DNA from: an uncultured virus (IMG/VR IMGVR_UViG_2718217648_000002) | Taxonomy: Duplodnaviria; Heunggongvirae; Uroviricota; Caudoviricetes | IMG/VR virus record: IMGVR_UViG_2718217648_000002 | Span: 1 to 64,000 of that record | Reading direction: 5' to 3' (one strand) | DNA: 64,000 nucleotides | The notes under the pieces: model-generated | Databases searched by the model: none | Told to the model about the DNA's origin: nothing | Seen by the model: the letters and a program-made list of their open reading frames with translations, nothing else | Shown here: positions 10,401 to 22,272 of the stretch, piece by piece | How the letters are laid out: each line of letters opens with the position of its first letter | How positions within the stretch are numbered: the first letter of the stretch is position 1 | Made by a program: the position numbers and the translations under genes

Positions 10401-10711
10401 CCTTGAGCTCTAACTTGTATTGTTTGTTCCTCATTTTCTGACTTTGTCAATCCGGTTATTACAAACCATTCAACTCTGTTTAAGAACTCTGCCTTAATGA
10501 GATACCAGCCTTTTATGAGTTCTGCCACATGGTTTGGCTTCATCTTGAAATTATATCTTGCTTTAAGTGGGATATTAAAAGTTAGATCGTGGAGTTCATC
10601 AAAATTCAAATTTAGAGAGGCGTTAGAGAAATCTACTATATTAGCGATTTTCTTTTTATTTGGTTTTGCTAAAGAAACCTTGAGATGGCCTGGTTTAAAA
10701 TCGTAAATCAA
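7430..10711 (-). CDS. yomG: Tail tip protein (YomG-like N-terminus) fused to C-terminal GH113-like TIM-barrel domain
   Basis: Follows distal tail gene; C-terminal ~330 aa with IASNL, DIIAIAAYFEL, KPIFFGELG motifs. Confidence 0.75.
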   Translation of the reverse strand: MIYDFKPGHLKVSLAKPNKKKIANIVDFSNASLNLNFDELHDLTFNIPLKARYNFKMKPNHVAELIKGWYLIKAEFLNRVEWFVITGLTKSENEEQTIQVRAQGLPYILHKSKIKSYEGISKNLLEVATDCLKGTCFTVDFIDPSFNEKRRSFDVTSTRYEFLKNIGETFEAVPIFDTVNNTVSFYKKETVSKYKGVQFSPKRFMIDMEDTIDIDEVVTRLDITGKDGIVINSVNPTGQSYLDDFSYFLYPFERDEKRNVIKHSDYMDDDLCHAILDYNELVNKEGSSFYLLLNQKKDLEATKTTQENTLFTLEKIELQQILDKITVAKKAGDDTKDLIKQRDAKQLEVTSKKAEISTTANQISKITEEIAVLKDRLSMDKFLGEKLMKKLSYFIRQDDWSNDNIFDETELYEKGLEELGEKNTPPVDIRTNIVNLFTVNKEKDFWDRIYLGDIIRLVNDDFRTDVKATLTGMNFDFEQQSIQVTLSNGKRATTIEQDFARSLYTAKKASTEFNKKKIDYDTLLTNYNARNDRISAPVANPTIRNDGTAITHVVNDNGSVDVSIEWDFPDSDEDKYNIDGFLIHCYSDTSDDTYLFGAKMSAEQYLSVSYDKRIATLTGQVSNKHYTFGVQAYRTVETSIDSSGRILSDIVQPKFPSENPYLPSSTVEVKGKLNGSKYTVSSTEPEEPEANDLWTNTVTGVVSSYDGEKWVSSDQKTAELVETTAAQVDTKLSDYDSRVQNIELNNLLVNPLKWKGGNVSAFGRKYYADVSYDSTVLNLNTITIPILINAVDASDSNPTVVDYTYNEAWDMIPKLKNDGYNIILEPYPFIANGTIAETDWAPSDLDQWFVAWNNILQDFAKKCEQFKLDGLYIASNLVHMEDSTEKWKSVITSVRSLFSGKMLYRTNYWVTADWAPETIAAYNKKLNNPLFGLVDIIAIAAYFELTDNRNPSVDQLIDAIYSVPLYGRGQNIFKEIKAFYDKWNKPIFFGELGIPPYSNSPEQPHNAFGDLGEYNESIQANWFEAWVRVFQAQDWWQGYSVYAISDEKSVYNVIDKKAESIIRGQTLGGTKGRLQSLEERVAHLEELLKSITQ

Positions 10712-10723
10712 TAAAACATCCCC

Positions 10724-11482
10724 TTACAAATACTTATATCTGTATATAAACCGGATACAACATTCGCCCGTTATTTTAACTCTGTTTATCCCCCTTGTTA
10801 AAAAAACATACTGTTCATTGACTTGATCATAACACTCATACCCAGTAACACTGGAGGTGATCAGCTCTTTATTGGCATCTACATTAATAACTTCTTGATG
10901 TTTAATTGATGTGAATTTTAGAGGTTCTTTATAAGCTGTCAAGTTTTCGACTGTGATGTCTCCATCACCGATTTTTTTGAATTCAAGAGAGAGTGGGATA
11001 TCTAAATCCCCTATATTTTTAATTTCTATATTATTAGAACCTGATGATATGTCATACCAATGGGTAGTTGTTTCTCGTCCATACCTATAAGGAAATACTT
11101 TCATTGTCAGCTTCACATATCCGTCATTAGAGCAGTTGTGTACCAAATCTGTTGCATTCACTGGCAAAGCAAAATAAATGATATCTAAATTACTACTGAA
11201 TGAAAGAGGCTTATAATCATCTACATTTAGCCAACGTGCAACTCTTCGAATATTTTCTTCATCTAAATGATCTTCTATGTAAAAGTTTAAAGGGATTTCA
11301 TATGGTTCACGTTTAACACTGTCTACATACGGTTCAGAAGCTGATCGTGTATATGTTTCATTTACTGTTCTATTCGCTACGAAGGTCTCTTCCAATAGTC
11401 CGCCCTCTGTGTTTACATTCACTGCCCCAATTTCATAAGAGGGGATATCATCGAACATGAAATATTGACTTTCTCTAATCAT
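10724..11482 (-). CDS. yomH: Distal tail protein, YomH-like
   Basis: 252 aa directly after tape measure. Confidence 0.75.
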   Translation of the reverse strand: MIRESQYFMFDDIPSYEIGAVNVNTEGGLLEETFVANRTVNETYTRSASEPYVDSVKREPYEIPLNFYIEDHLDEENIRRVARWLNVDDYKPLSFSSNLDIIYFALPVNATDLVHNCSNDGYVKLTMKVFPYRYGRETTTHWYDISSGSNNIEIKNIGDLDIPLSLEFKKIGDGDITVENLTAYKEPLKFTSIKHQEVINVDANKELITSSVTGYECYDQVNEQYVFLTRGINRVKITGECCIRFIYRYKYL

Positions 11483-11539
11483 AAAATTCCACCCTTACCA
11501 ATCAAAAAGCAAGCTGAAGAGCCTGCATTATACAGACTC

Positions 11540-14500
11540 TTACATGCTTCCATTTAATTTTATAACTTCTTTCTTGATGGTTTCGAGCATTGTTCTGGCT
11601 CCAGTTTCCCCACCAGTAAGTTTATCAACATTGAAAATTATTGGTGTGTTAATTGTTTTATCACCATTAGAATTAACGGTTGTGGTAGGGGGCAGGTTAG
11701 CAGTCTTAACATTTGGTATCAAACTATTAGATAGGCTCGCTTGGTTAATATTCGGAATTATTGATGGAATAGAAGTAATCCCTTTGTTAATCAAAGCTGC
11801 TAATTTTCCACCTTGCCCCCATTTAGGTGTTTCATTATTCAGATCGTTATCAGACAGATTGCGAACATACTTTACAGTTTCAAGCATGTTCTTGGTGTCA
11901 GTCTTATTCAGAATAAGCTCTTTATCATGAAGAATAGCAAGCTTGCCAGCACCTAAACCTGTTCCTGTGTATCCTCCTGTTTCAAATGAAGATATTTTTT
12001 TGCCTGTTGTATTGCCTTTGGTCACAGTATTAAGGGCATTAGAAGCTTCTTTAAGCTTATCGATAAGGTTATTAGAGATACTTTTACCAATGGACTCCAT
12101 ATTGCTGTTAATGAATTTAGAGAATTCATTCAGTTGCTTAGCAATATCAGTAATCTTCCCATCCATTAGCTTTTTCTCAAGTTCCTTAAATCCACGCTCA
12201 TCATTGACGAGATCATCATATTTCTTGTTAATTGAATCTTCGTCTTTTTGAAGCTGATCTTGCAACGCTTCTTTACGTTTGCTACTTTCACGATCTTTAA
12301 GAAACTCATCTAAATCTAACTGTTCCTTTTGTAACTGCTCAGTTAATTCCTTAACCTTTGACTTACCAAATTCTGAGTCATCAAGAGAATACTGATTAAT
12401 TTGGTCAGTGAGTTTTTGGATACTCTCTTGCTTCTCTTTTAACTGTCTTTGAAATTTAGCTTCATCGTCAGTTTTATCGATCTCATCAATCAAGTCTTGT
12501 GTTGCTTTTTGGTGCGCTTTTAATTCAATATCACGCATCTTTTCGTACATCTCTTTATAGATGGAGACAACTTCATCAGCAAGGGATTTGTACACATCTT
12601 TGATTGATTTCTTTGTGTTGTAAAGCTCCAGATTGTAATCCTTCTGCTTGTCTTTCCAGTTCTCGATTTCTTCAGTAATTTGTTTCTGAATATCCGGGAA
12701 CCCTTTAGCAGCTTTCTTTTGTGCTTCCAACTGTTTTATATACTTCTTCGCTTCATTCTGTTGCTGCTGAATAAGCTTAATCTGTTGGCTATAATATTTA
12801 ACCTTGTCTTTATCTTCCTCGGTCATGGATATTTTGTTGCTAACATCTTTAAGCTTGGATTCAGTTTTCTTGGTTGATTTCTCTATACCGTTAAGCGTTT
12901 CATCAACTTTGGATTGGATGAGCTGTCCCTGAAGTTCTCTTACTTCTTCTTGGAAATTGATGAGATCAATCTTAGCTTGTTTTAATTCCTCAGCAAGCTG
13001 TGCTCTTTGAGCGGCATTCAGAGTTTTGTTTGTTTTGATTTCTTTTTCAATAAAAGAAACCTTCTGACTCTGAATCTTTTGCTGTTCAGTTAAAGCTTTT
13101 TTCTGATCGTTTGTATACTTACGGAACTCTTTACTATCGCTCAGATAATGACTAGCGAGGGCTTTGTCTTTAGCGATTCTTACATCAAAATCACCAATGC
13201 GCTTGTCATATTCATCAAGATGCGACTGAACGATCTCATATTGAAGCTCTTGTATCTGATCGTTTACTGAATTAATGTCACCTTGAAGGGAGAGGAGGTC
13301 GGATTTAGCTTGCGCTATTGCTTGTTGTCGTTCTGCTTCAGCTTGAGACGCATCTGAAATAGATGTACCGACACCTTTTAAATACTTCTCAGGGTCAATT
13401 GTCTTTCCGTTTTCCTCAATTTGAAGATGAAGGTGATTTCCAGTTGAATTACCCGTACTGCCAACTTTACCGATGGTCTGGCCAGCTTTAACAGTTTGAC
13501 CGGCTTTAACAGAAGGGGTATCAAGCATATGCATATACTTAGCAACTTTTCCATCATCCTGCTGAATGACAACCCAGTTACCGGCAGTTTTACTATAACC
13601 AGCAATTTGGACTTTACCACTTTGCAAAGACTTAATTGCAGTACCGGCTTTTGCGGCAAAGTCTGTCCCTTTATGTGGAGTTGATCGGTAAGCGCCATCT
13701 TGAGCACCATACTTAGAACTTATTCTAAACGCGCTGTTCTTCGTGTAGTAGCTTGCAATGGAGGAATTGGCAGAAGTCATTGACTTCGTGTAATTTGACA
13801 TGATCTTCTGAACATAATTCTGTGTTTCTTTGAAGGGAGGGACGCCGCCATATTTAATTACATTACCAGGCCCTGCGTTATAAGCAGCAAGTGCTTTCTC
13901 AACATTGCCACCAAATTTGCTTAGTTGTTGGGCTAGATATTTCGTGCCACCCATAATGCTCTGATAAGGATCATAAACATTGTTTACGCCTAAGCTTTTA
14001 GCAGTGGAAGGCATCAACTGCATCAAACCAGCAGCTCCGGCTCCAGAGCGAGCTCTTGCATTGAATCCTGATTCTTGTTGGATTACAGCTGCAATTAGAG
14101 CTGGATCAACACCGTATTTGCTTGCGGCAGAATTAATGTAGCTGGAGTATTTACCGGAGTAAGACCCACCACCAGAAGAAAAAGAACCACCAGAAGATGA
14201 ACCAGAGGAAAGGGAAGAGGTAACTATACCGTATTGTGCAATGTTCCCTGACTTAATTTGATCCTTGAGGAGTTTGGCTTGCTCCTGCATAAGCTTTTTC
14301 TTTTGTTGAAGAGCTTTAATTTCTTTCTGCAGGGCATTTCGATAACTTTGGGAATACTTTGGATAGTCGTTTACTTGCTTATTGTACTTTTCGATTTCAG
14401 CATTAACTTTCTCCAGAGCTTCCTTGTATTTATCAGCCACGTACATGGACGTTTTGGTTTCTTCATTTGCTTTCTCTTGCTCGTCTGTCCATTTTTCAAG

Positions 14501-17500
14501 GGAAGTACCTGATTCTATTAACGCTTGTTTGTTTGTTTCCTGAGTAGATGTAGCTTCTTCAGATGCTGAGATGTAGGATTTAAGAGCAGCTCTAACGCTA
14601 TCCATTGCAGAGATTTGGCTGTTAGAAAATCCACCAGGTTGCAACATTTTTTCTTCAATCTTATGTAATTCTTTCTTCGCATCAGCTACATTATTGATTG
14701 ATTTAACTTCGAGCTGAGACAATTCTGCCTCGGATATATCGAGCTTACGCTCTCTCCGAAGCTTTCTAAGGCTGTCAATTCGTAAAGAATCAGCGTTTAA
14801 GGTTTTAATGGCATTATTGACTTCAGTTTTCATTAGCTTATTGCTATATTGAACCATGTCATTATAGGCATCGAGCTTAACTTTTCGCTGACGAATTACT
14901 TCATCTCGGTTAACCTTTATAACACCATTTTCATAACTTATTGCTTTGGCTAATTCTTTATCTTTTTGGATTAGAGCATTAGCTTCATTGGCAGAAATGC
15001 TCTTTCCTTCAGCCATCTTTTCTAAAAGTTCGTTTAAAGGAGCAACTTGTTCTTTGGTGTTATTAAAAATATCCCCGTTAAGAATGCCTTGAACAGAGTC
15101 AAACTGCATTGACTCTGACATGCCTTTGATTACATCTTTAATCTGACTGATATCATTTGCGTCAAGCGCTTCTTTGAGCTTTTGACCAAAATCTTCAGCT
15201 TCATTACCTGCTTCAGCAAGAGTTTCCCCTAAATCACCAACTTCCGATTTAACAGAAGAAATGGCCTTATCTCCATCTTTAATGTTCTTTTGTGCCTTAT
15301 CAAAACTCAACTTAAAGACATCAATAGAAGAACTGGATTTTGAATAGGTCTCCAAAAGGGTTTGCAGATCCTTTTTCGCGCTATCAAATGCTTTTTCATC
15401 GTTTGAATTCAATGCCGATTGCATTTTCTCTTGGAGTTTACCCAATGCAGAAGAGAATTTATCGAGATCATCAGGATTCAAATCATCTTTTAAAGTGAGT
15501 TTACCTACAATGTCATTGATACTCGTTTTTAAAGTATTGCTGATATCTATAGAACTGTATGCTTGGGCGATTGAGAGAACACTGTCTCTAACCTTTGCAT
15601 TTCCACTTGCTATGTCAGATTGTGCTTTAAGCATACCTTGCTTCGCTTTATCTGCAGCGATTTTATAATCTTCATCATCAGCAAGGAAGTCCCATTTTGG
15701 TCTGCCTTTATCATTATAATCAGCAATTTGTTTGTATTGCTTCAACTCATCTTTAGACTTTTTAATTTCTTTAGAAGCGTCCTCGAAAGTTTTCTTGGCG
15801 CTGTCTTTAGTTTCCGTCTTTTTAAGTTCAAGGTATTCTTTAGTGTTCTCAATAGCTTCTTCTAAAGCTTTATTACTTTTTAAAATTGCATTTCCTTGAG
15901 AGTCATAACCTTGAATTAAAGCGGGGAATGTCTGAGCCAATTGCTGAGTAACTTGAAGATATTCTTGCTCTTCATCTGATGAAAGGGTTCTTGAATCTTT
16001 GGCTTTTTGAAGCTCTTTATACTGTTTTATTAGTTTGTCTGTGGAGTCTTTGTTGGTTGTAATTGCTTCAACATTGGTCTGTTGACTCTGTTCAAAATCA
16101 TCTTTAGCTTTTTTTGCATCTGCGAAAGATGAAACTATGCTTTCTAAAGCCCAACCCAACGCAGCAAGCGCGCCTCCAACCACTGTAGAAACTAAAAGCC
16201 CTCTAAGAGCAGTTTTCAAAACCCTTGATGCAACAGCAGCACGGGTCATACCTGCTTCTAATCCGATGCTAGCTAAGGTTTCTTGTCTCATTGCTTTTGA
16301 GCCTAATATAAGAGTTGTAGCTAAAGTTCGAGTGTTTTTACTGAGTAACAATGTAGCAGTGCTAATCGTCACAAAAAGAGGGGGGAGGAAACCAACAGTG
16401 TTAATTATTCCAGTGGAGGCTTTTAACAAAGAACCCAGAGCTTGAGTGAACTCAATCAATCCGTCACTAATAAAGGCATCCGATGAAGCTATAGCCAATT
16501 CAGTGAAATTGTTTTGAAGTTTATTTAACCTTGCTTGTAAGCTATCTGCGTATTTCTGCTGTTCGCTCCAAGCGCTACCTGCAGAATTAGAAGCTGTTGC
16601 GGCGGCATTTTGGGCGATAGAGAAGTTGTTCATTAAGGCATTAAATCGAGACAATTGATGGATATTTGCAACGCCAATAGAGGTGTTTTGTCTTTGAGCA
16701 TCAGTTAATGTGTTCCATTTGGCTGCTACCTCATTAATCAACTCACTCGCAGATTTTGCTTCTCCGCCTGCAGTCTTTACAGAAATTCCGATTTCATCCA
16801 ACGCTTTGATTGCGCTTCGGTTGTTACCTATCCGGGCAAAAATAGTTTTAAGTGAGTTACCAACAACGTTTCCTGATTCACGAGTGGTACTTGCGATTGC
16901 TGTAGTATAACCAATCAGATCGTTTAATTCAACACCGAAAGTCGAAGCGGTGCTTCCTGCTTTTCGAATAGAGTTGGCCAGATCAAGAGTAGTTACAGCG
17001 TAGTTGTTATCCACTTCATTTAGCTTGTCTGCAATTGAAATAGAATCATTGGCTGCAATATTGAAGTTTAACATTGCGGCAGTTAAAGTATTAACTGTGT
17101 CATCAGGAGTTAAGTCAGAGACGTTTTGTAGAACCTGCGCGGTTTTTGTTAGAGTTGACAATTCACTTTCATCGAAGCCCATACGCCCGAAATCACCGGT
17201 CATTTGGAGAATGTCAGTGATTTTGTTTGAAAGTGTGTCACCTAAATCGATTGACTCTTGAAGAAGTTCATTGTACTTGTAATCAGGCTCATTCATCACA
17301 CGTCTGATGTTTGTCATTAGAGTATCAATTTCAACAGCCTGAGATACCATTTCCTTGAGTCCAGATATAGCGCCGTAGAACAAAGAACCAGAGATTAAAT
17401 ATGTAGACATACTTTTGAAAGCTTGCGTTAGCTCCGCACCAAAAGACGAGGCTTGACTAGCTGCTGCTTGCGCATTTGAAGCCAATTCCCTGTATTGCAT

Positions 17501-18445
17501 GTTCAAGCTTTGCATTTGAGCTCTGATATTGCTTCCGCCGGCACTTACATTAAGGCTATTAACTGCATTGAGGTACTCTTGGATAGCTTGTCTATTTCCA
17601 GCGCCCATCGTATCGCCATAACGCGTATTAAGGTTTTGTACGTTTACCTGTGCTTGGCGTTGATAAAGCTCAATAGTTTTTCGGAGTTCATTATTTTTAG
17701 CCACAGCAGCAGACTTATCATCGAGCATTTTAATTCTGTTTTGTAATGCTTCAATTTGTTGAGCTGTTTGAGCAGTGTTTAATTTCCGCCCAAGGGAAGA
17801 GAGGGTGGTGTCAGTTACAATTCCTTGCTGTCTAAGTTTTTCTAAATCTATCTTTAGTTGTTCAATTGCTTTTCGTTGCTGATCGTAATTTGTTGTAACT
17901 TTTGATGACGTAGCATTTGTCTTTGGATCAGTCGTATATGTTATATCATCGAAGCCATTGCGGTTCTTTTGAGTTACCCTCGTCGTTTGTCCTTGAGAAT
18001 TCTTCTGTTCTGTTCTTTTCTGTACCTGACCTAGTTTTTCAGTCGCTTGAGCAAGCCTGTTAACTTCTTGGGTTTGTTCACGTAGTGATTGATTACGATT
18101 GTCGATGAATTTCTTTTCACGCTGAATGATTTCGCCATTTTTCTTATATTGCTGCGTCAGCTTTTCAACAGTGCCATCGGCATTTCTGGTAACCGTTGTG
18201 GTTTCTTTAATTGTTTGATTGAAGGATTTGAGATGTTTTTGGTAAGTGTCAACTGCAGAGGAGAATTCGTTGAGAGTCTTTAAAGCAGAGGCATCAATAT
18301 TGGTCTTTAAATTAAGGGAATTAAGCTTTTTCTCTAAAGATTTAATTTGCTGATTTAACTGTTCGACAGTCTTTGAGGAGGTATCAGCTTTTGGGGTCAG
18401 TATTATTTTTAAATCTTGACTCAAAAATAAGTCACATCCTTTCAA
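11540..18445 (-). CDS. cwlP: Tape measure protein with lytic transglycosylase (SLT) and M23 peptidase domains
   Basis: 2301 aa; [28 protein letters not shown] and HLHLQ motifs (YomI). Confidence 0.95.
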   Translation of the reverse strand: MKGCDLFLSQDLKIILTPKADTSSKTVEQLNQQIKSLEKKLNSLNLKTNIDASALKTLNEFSSAVDTYQKHLKSFNQTIKETTTVTRNADGTVEKLTQQYKKNGEIIQREKKFIDNRNQSLREQTQEVNRLAQATEKLGQVQKRTEQKNSQGQTTRVTQKNRNGFDDITYTTDPKTNATSSKVTTNYDQQRKAIEQLKIDLEKLRQQGIVTDTTLSSLGRKLNTAQTAQQIEALQNRIKMLDDKSAAVAKNNELRKTIELYQRQAQVNVQNLNTRYGDTMGAGNRQAIQEYLNAVNSLNVSAGGSNIRAQMQSLNMQYRELASNAQAAASQASSFGAELTQAFKSMSTYLISGSLFYGAISGLKEMVSQAVEIDTLMTNIRRVMNEPDYKYNELLQESIDLGDTLSNKITDILQMTGDFGRMGFDESELSTLTKTAQVLQNVSDLTPDDTVNTLTAAMLNFNIAANDSISIADKLNEVDNNYAVTTLDLANSIRKAGSTASTFGVELNDLIGYTTAIASTTRESGNVVGNSLKTIFARIGNNRSAIKALDEIGISVKTAGGEAKSASELINEVAAKWNTLTDAQRQNTSIGVANIHQLSRFNALMNNFSIAQNAAATASNSAGSAWSEQQKYADSLQARLNKLQNNFTELAIASSDAFISDGLIEFTQALGSLLKASTGIINTVGFLPPLFVTISTATLLLSKNTRTLATTLILGSKAMRQETLASIGLEAGMTRAAVASRVLKTALRGLLVSTVVGGALAALGWALESIVSSFADAKKAKDDFEQSQQTNVEAITTNKDSTDKLIKQYKELQKAKDSRTLSSDEEQEYLQVTQQLAQTFPALIQGYDSQGNAILKSNKALEEAIENTKEYLELKKTETKDSAKKTFEDASKEIKKSKDELKQYKQIADYNDKGRPKWDFLADDEDYKIAADKAKQGMLKAQSDIASGNAKVRDSVLSIAQAYSSIDISNTLKTSINDIVGKLTLKDDLNPDDLDKFSSALGKLQEKMQSALNSNDEKAFDSAKKDLQTLLETYSKSSSSIDVFKLSFDKAQKNIKDGDKAISSVKSEVGDLGETLAEAGNEAEDFGQKLKEALDANDISQIKDVIKGMSESMQFDSVQGILNGDIFNNTKEQVAPLNELLEKMAEGKSISANEANALIQKDKELAKAISYENGVIKVNRDEVIRQRKVKLDAYNDMVQYSNKLMKTEVNNAIKTLNADSLRIDSLRKLRRERKLDISEAELSQLEVKSINNVADAKKELHKIEEKMLQPGGFSNSQISAMDSVRAALKSYISASEEATSTQETNKQALIESGTSLEKWTDEQEKANEETKTSMYVADKYKEALEKVNAEIEKYNKQVNDYPKYSQSYRNALQKEIKALQQKKKLMQEQAKLLKDQIKSGNIAQYGIVTSSLSSGSSSGGSFSSGGGSYSGKYSSYINSAASKYGVDPALIAAVIQQESGFNARARSGAGAAGLMQLMPSTAKSLGVNNVYDPYQSIMGGTKYLAQQLSKFGGNVEKALAAYNAGPGNVIKYGGVPPFKETQNYVQKIMSNYTKSMTSANSSIASYYTKNSAFRISSKYGAQDGAYRSTPHKGTDFAAKAGTAIKSLQSGKVQIAGYSKTAGNWVVIQQDDGKVAKYMHMLDTPSVKAGQTVKAGQTIGKVGSTGNSTGNHLHLQIEENGKTIDPEKYLKGVGTSISDASQAEAERQQAIAQAKSDLLSLQGDINSVNDQIQELQYEIVQSHLDEYDKRIGDFDVRIAKDKALASHYLSDSKEFRKYTNDQKKALTEQQKIQSQKVSFIEKEIKTNKTLNAAQRAQLAEELKQAKIDLINFQEEVRELQGQLIQSKVDETLNGIEKSTKKTESKLKDVSNKISMTEEDKDKVKYYSQQIKLIQQQQNEAKKYIKQLEAQKKAAKGFPDIQKQITEEIENWKDKQKDYNLELYNTKKSIKDVYKSLADEVVSIYKEMYEKMRDIELKAHQKATQDLIDEIDKTDDEAKFQRQLKEKQESIQKLTDQINQYSLDDSEFGKSKVKELTEQLQKEQLDLDEFLKDRESSKRKEALQDQLQKDEDSINKKYDDLVNDERGFKELEKKLMDGKITDIAKQLNEFSKFINSNMESIGKSISNNLIDKLKEASNALNTVTKGNTTGKKISSFETGGYTGTGLGAGKLAILHDKELILNKTDTKNMLETVKYVRNLSDNDLNNETPKWGQGGKLAALINKGITSIPSIIPNINQASLSNSLIPNVKTANLPPTTTVNSNGDKTINTPIIFNVDKLTGGETGARTMLETIKKEVIKLNGSM

Positions 18446-18482
18446 GTGGGGCTAATCAGAGCAAATAAAAAAGCCACTCAAA

Positions 18483-19163
18483 TTATTGAGCGACTGTACT
18501 TGTTTTCTTGATAATTACATCCATGACACCTTGCCAATACTCAGCGTTTTTTAAAGCTTGCTGTATGATATTCCCATCTTTTTTATAACCTTGAGGCTCA
18601 TATCCATCATCCTCGCGAGAAGGGAGGAAGTGGATATAGTGTATAGGATTTTTGAGGTTTTCGACTGTAATTTTAAGCGTAATTGACTTCACCATTTCTG
18701 TTTGAGTAGAGGAGGCTGACAAACCACCAATTGTTGCACCAATTCCGCCGCCTAATAATCCTCCAGCAATAATCCCCGATTTGGCAACCTTCGAAATCAC
18801 CTGGTCATCCAGTGAGATTTCAGATTGAATAATTTGGGCAAAAGGGACAACATACTCGTTTATTTCTTCTCCATTTAGCTGATATACCTTAAGGATAGAT
18901 TTATCTTCATTGTAAGCAATTTTAGTTTTATAAGTGCTAAAGAAATTATCAGGGTTAAATTCGCTATCATAGGTCTTTAGTGTTTCAGCATTTTTTCTAA
19001 TCTTTTCAGCAACAGTTGCATTTTTTATTCTGTAAGGTTCGAGCGCTAAATAAGCCAAACCGCCAATTATCAGAAAAACCCCCAAAGGTCTCCAGCCATC
19101 CATTAAACAGAAGAAAAGGCTGAATAAAAAATAGCCACCATAAGCCATAATCTTATAGCCCAT
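18483..19163 (-). CDS. yomJ: Membrane protein YomJ-like (immunity-associated in SPbeta/phi3T)
   Basis: 226 aa, N-terminal TMs, glycine-zipper GGLLGGGIGATIGG, own TG-TATAAT promoter upstream, synteny. Confidence 0.7.
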   Translation of the reverse strand: MGYKIMAYGGYFLFSLFFCLMDGWRPLGVFLIIGGLAYLALEPYRIKNATVAEKIRKNAETLKTYDSEFNPDNFFSTYKTKIAYNEDKSILKVYQLNGEEINEYVVPFAQIIQSEISLDDQVISKVAKSGIIAGGLLGGGIGATIGGLSASSTQTEMVKSITLKITVENLKNPIHYIHFLPSREDDGYEPQGYKKDGNIIQQALKNAEYWQGVMDVIIKKTSTVAQ

Positions 19164-19236
19164 CCAACCACCACCAGTATTATTTTCCTACATTATATCA
19201 TGATTTCCAAAAGTGTAGAACTAGCAAAGGGGAGGG

Positions 19237-19659
19237 TCACTTTCCTTTTTCGGACTTAATCTGCTCAAGTAATTCTTTAAAATATGTAGCAGTAATAACA
19301 ATGTCCCTATCCTTTCGTACAACAAAAAGTAGGAGAAGGCAAATCGATGTTGCGATTAGAATATACCAAAGCAAATTAAAACTAAACATAATTCTGAGAG
19401 ATAGTAAACATGTTCCTATGAGCACACTTCCAACTGTCCACATTTTCGTATGATCGAAGGACGCTTCAATTCGACTCATACGGGAAATAGCTAAAATTAA
19501 ATCTGATGAATTGAGCGATTTTAGGATTTGAAATTTGCGCTTTTGTTCTGTGTAGAGCTCACCAGAGTGCGGGAATTCTTTTTGTATGTATTTGATCAGG
19601 TCGCGACTATTCATCTGTACTAAATTGTGTTTAAGTATTGTCTTATTCATATTTTTCAC
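19237..19659 (-). CDS. Hypothetical two-TM membrane protein (moron)
   Basis: GGAGAGGTG RBS, hydrophobic C-terminal half. Confidence 0.65.
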   Translation of the reverse strand: MKNMNKTILKHNLVQMNSRDLIKYIQKEFPHSGELYTEQKRKFQILKSLNSSDLILAISRMSRIEASFDHTKMWTVGSVLIGTCLLSLRIMFSFNLLWYILIATSICLLLLFVVRKDRDIVITATYFKELLEQIKSEKGK

Positions 19660-19762
19660 CTCTCCATATTATCGTCAAATATGGAAATAAGTTTAAGGTT
19701 TTATCCATAAGCAAAACCCTTCGGTAGAAGGATCTTGATTCTGCATAAAAGAGGGATTTCAT

Positions 19763-20773
19763 TTACACTTCAAATTTTGCTTTCTTGTCTTGAATAGCAT
19801 CTTTGTTTACTTCTAGATAGTGATTCTTTGTTACGTCAGTGCCTTTATGGTTCAATAATTGAGACACGTCCTCTAGACTCATGCCACTGTGATACAGAAG
19901 GTTACTACCACTGTGCCTTAAATCATGACAGTGTAATTCAGGAATATCAATTATTTCTCCGATTCTCTTTATCCAATATCCTTGTAAAGTTCCGGTTTCA
20001 GCTTTCTTCCATATGCCTCCGTACTTTGTTATGAAAAGGTATTCGCATTCAATTCCGTTTTCGGATCTGTACTCCAGCCATTCCTTAACAAGATCAATAG
20101 CTCTTTGAGAAGGGAAGAGGGTGACTTTATATCCTTCTTTTTCAATGACATCTTCCACCCGAAGTCTTTCAAAGTCAATTTGTTCAACCTTAACGTTGCT
20201 TATGGCATTAGCTCTGGCCATCGTTGAGAGACCGAATTCAAAGAAGAGCTCTAACTGAATATTTTCCTTCTTTTTAAGTCCTTTTCTGATTTCTTCGACT
20301 TGTTCTTTTGTTAGGAAGGTCTGTTTAATTTGAAGTTTTTCACCAGTTCCAGCTTTAGGCCTGTCTAAGAAGTCAACGGGATTCTCTTTAATCTTACGTT
20401 TTTTCCTTAAAAATAAAAAGAATGAGCTAATACTACTCATTCGTCTCTGAATTCTTCGTTCATTATTGCCTAGAATACTGGTGCAAAATGCAACAAAGTC
20501 TTCAATTAAATCAACCATATCATCAGGATCTTCTTTAATAATATCCACAATGTGCTGATTATTGTAATTCTCTAAAATGTATACCAGCCATTGATTGAAA
20601 TCTGATTGATATCCCACTTTACTGGATTCCGAAAGGTTCATGTTTTTAAAGACAAAATACTTTCGGATTAATTCCGCATTTTTGGGGTTAATTTTGTTGA
20701 CCTTTTCTTTTGTTGCATATGCTATCTTTTTTCTGGCCATTAATACACCACCGTTATTCTGTTTTAATACCAC
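19763..20773 (-). CDS. yomM: Tyrosine recombinase/integrase family protein
   Basis: STMAR, HDLRHS, LNH, Y catalytic-type motifs; 336 aa; synteny. Confidence 0.9.
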   Translation of the reverse strand: MVLKQNNGGVLMARKKIAYATKEKVNKINPKNAELIRKYFVFKNMNLSESSKVGYQSDFNQWLVYILENYNNQHIVDIIKEDPDDMVDLIEDFVAFCTSILGNNERRIQRRMSSISSFFLFLRKKRKIKENPVDFLDRPKAGTGEKLQIKQTFLTKEQVEEIRKGLKKKENIQLELFFEFGLSTMARANAISNVKVEQIDFERLRVEDVIEKEGYKVTLFPSQRAIDLVKEWLEYRSENGIECEYLFITKYGGIWKKAETGTLQGYWIKRIGEIIDIPELHCHDLRHSGSNLLYHSGMSLEDVSQLLNHKGTDVTKNHYLEVNKDAIQDKKAKFEV

Positions 20774-21170
20774 TTGTATTTAAATCTTTTATCATAGCAG
20801 CAACTAATCGTCCATCTTTTAAGGATTCAGCAGTATTCTTCATGACTGGGCGAGGTTTTCCGTAACCATAGCCGTATTTATCTGGATACGTGTACCCTTG
20901 ACCAGTCTCAACAACCGTAGCAACATCCTTGCCGTTGTCTTCACGGTTGTTGTCTAATGAAATTCCGTTATATTCGTTTTGAATGACAAAGGAGTCCTTC
21001 AAAAGAGAAGTACGTTCATATACAAGAGGATCGTATGTGTCATATACATCAGATTGTACATGCTCTTGACCCGTTTTAATCATCGTATTTTTTGTGCTGG
21101 ATTGTTTTTGAACGGCTTGCTTTGCGGCAAATTCAATTAATGCTGCTATTTCTTTTATGTTCTTGGCCAT
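20754..21170 (-). CDS. yomN: Phage structural protein YomN-like
   Basis: 138 aa, synteny. Confidence 0.6.
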   Translation of the reverse strand: MAKNIKEIAALIEFAAKQAVQKQSSTKNTMIKTGQEHVQSDVYDTYDPLVYERTSLLKDSFVIQNEYNGISLDNNREDNGKDVATVVETGQGYTYPDKYGYGYGKPRPVMKNTAESLKDGRLVAAMIKDLNTSGIKTE

Positions 21171-21655
21171 TATTCAGCCTCTTGTTCATTCTCAATCTCT
21201 TCGACCTTATTAAGGATGAGATCATTTATTTCTTCAGGAGATATGTTTGAAAGTTTGTCTAAATTCTCTTGCATCATCTTTGTTGCTTCTCCAAATTTCT
21301 TCATGCTTTCTTCAGGGAAGCTACTAATAATCAATGGGAAAAATTCAGAGTCCACAAGCTTAACAAACCACTTAACTTTGTTTTTGATATCACTTGGAAT
21401 ACCCAAGTCTGTAAATTCTTTAATTAGTGAAAAGAATCCCCATTGAACAGGATTTATGCTTTTAAAGTCAATGTTTTTTTCTTGAGCATTTTGTGGGTCA
21501 GTAATTAATTCAGTAAGCATTTTGGTTAAGCGGGTAGGGGAGAAGTAAGGGTAAATAAAAACATGAACGTCCTCAGTAAGTTGTACTCGTTCTTTCTTGT
21601 CATATTTACTTACACTTTCTTCAATCAACCCAAGATTTAATTTTTTCGATGCCAT
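21170..21655 (-). CDS. yomO: YomO-like protein (possible tail assembly chaperone)
   Basis: 161 aa, synteny. Confidence 0.6.
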   Translation of the reverse strand: MASKKLNLGLIEESVSKYDKKERVQLTEDVHVFIYPYFSPTRLTKMLTELITDPQNAQEKNIDFKSINPVQWGFFSLIKEFTDLGIPSDIKNKVKWFVKLVDSEFFPLIISSFPEESMKKFGEATKMMQENLDKLSNISPEEINDLILNKVEEIENEQEAE

Positions 21656-21737
21656 CTCATTTCCTCCTTATATATCCTCTGCACACATTAAAAAAGACAC
21701 CTCAATAGGGGAGAGGTGTCTAAATAAAACTTGTATT

Positions 21738-21932
21738 TTATTCTGTGTCTGCTTCTTCGTAGTCTTCGCCGGTGATTTCTTTGTACTCTTCTAAAGTGAC
21801 TAAACCATTCTTTACTCCTAATTGGAGCTCTTCTTTTGTCACATCGTTGAATTCCTGGTAAGCTTCTTTGACTTGATCGACGGTTGCCCATTTTCGACTC
21901 AGGGCATTAACCCAATAATTGTATGTAGTTAT
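21738..21932 (-). CDS. yomP: XkdX-family small protein (YomP-like), 64 aa, begins at ATA
   Basis: Hand translation ITTYNYWVNALSRKWATVDQ...GLVTLEEYKEITGEDY; GGGAGG RBS 8 nt before ATA. Confidence 0.75.
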   Translation of the reverse strand: MTTYNYWVNALSRKWATVDQVKEAYQEFNDVTKEELQLGVKNGLVTLEEYKEITGEDYEEADTE

Positions 21933-21933
21933 T

Positions 21934-22272
21934 TTATGAACCTCCCTTTAGATCAGCAATATCTTTTAACATTGTGTTTATTGTTTTGTTGACTTGAAGC
22001 AAGCTTAGGCGGAGTTGGGATAGGGTCTGTCCTATTATTTCAAAATCGTTAGGTTCAGGGATACTTGGTTTAACGCTATCCTTGTATTCTTCAGTTGCTG
22101 ATTCAATCCATTTATTTTTCTTGGGATCATATTTGGGCAAGATTATTGTGGGGTCTGGGACAGCAGTTGTACTATTTGGAGGAAGAGCATCGCCTTCAAT
22201 GAAGTCTTCTCCAGCGTACATAAAGTTCTCATCATAATAAAGAACATGCATAATATTTTCACCTACTACCAT
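21934..22272 (-). CDS. yomQ: YomQ-like tail-fibre-associated protein
   Basis: PPNSTT..P...LPKYD....W motif, synteny. Confidence 0.6.
   Translation of the reverse strand: MVVGENIMHVLYYDENFMYAGEDFIEGDALPPNSTTAVPDPTIILPKYDPKKNKWIESATEEYKDSVKPSIPEPNDFEIIGQTLSQLRLSLLQVNKTINTMLKDIADLKGGS

Noticed and set aside
11544..18283. Many plus-strand ORFs opposite tape measure and other late genes
   Set aside because: Antisense shadows of long coding frames
21688..21891. 67-aa minus-strand ORF in the track
   Set aside because: Wrong frame; the overlapping XkdX-like frame 21738-21932 has the RBS and family motifs
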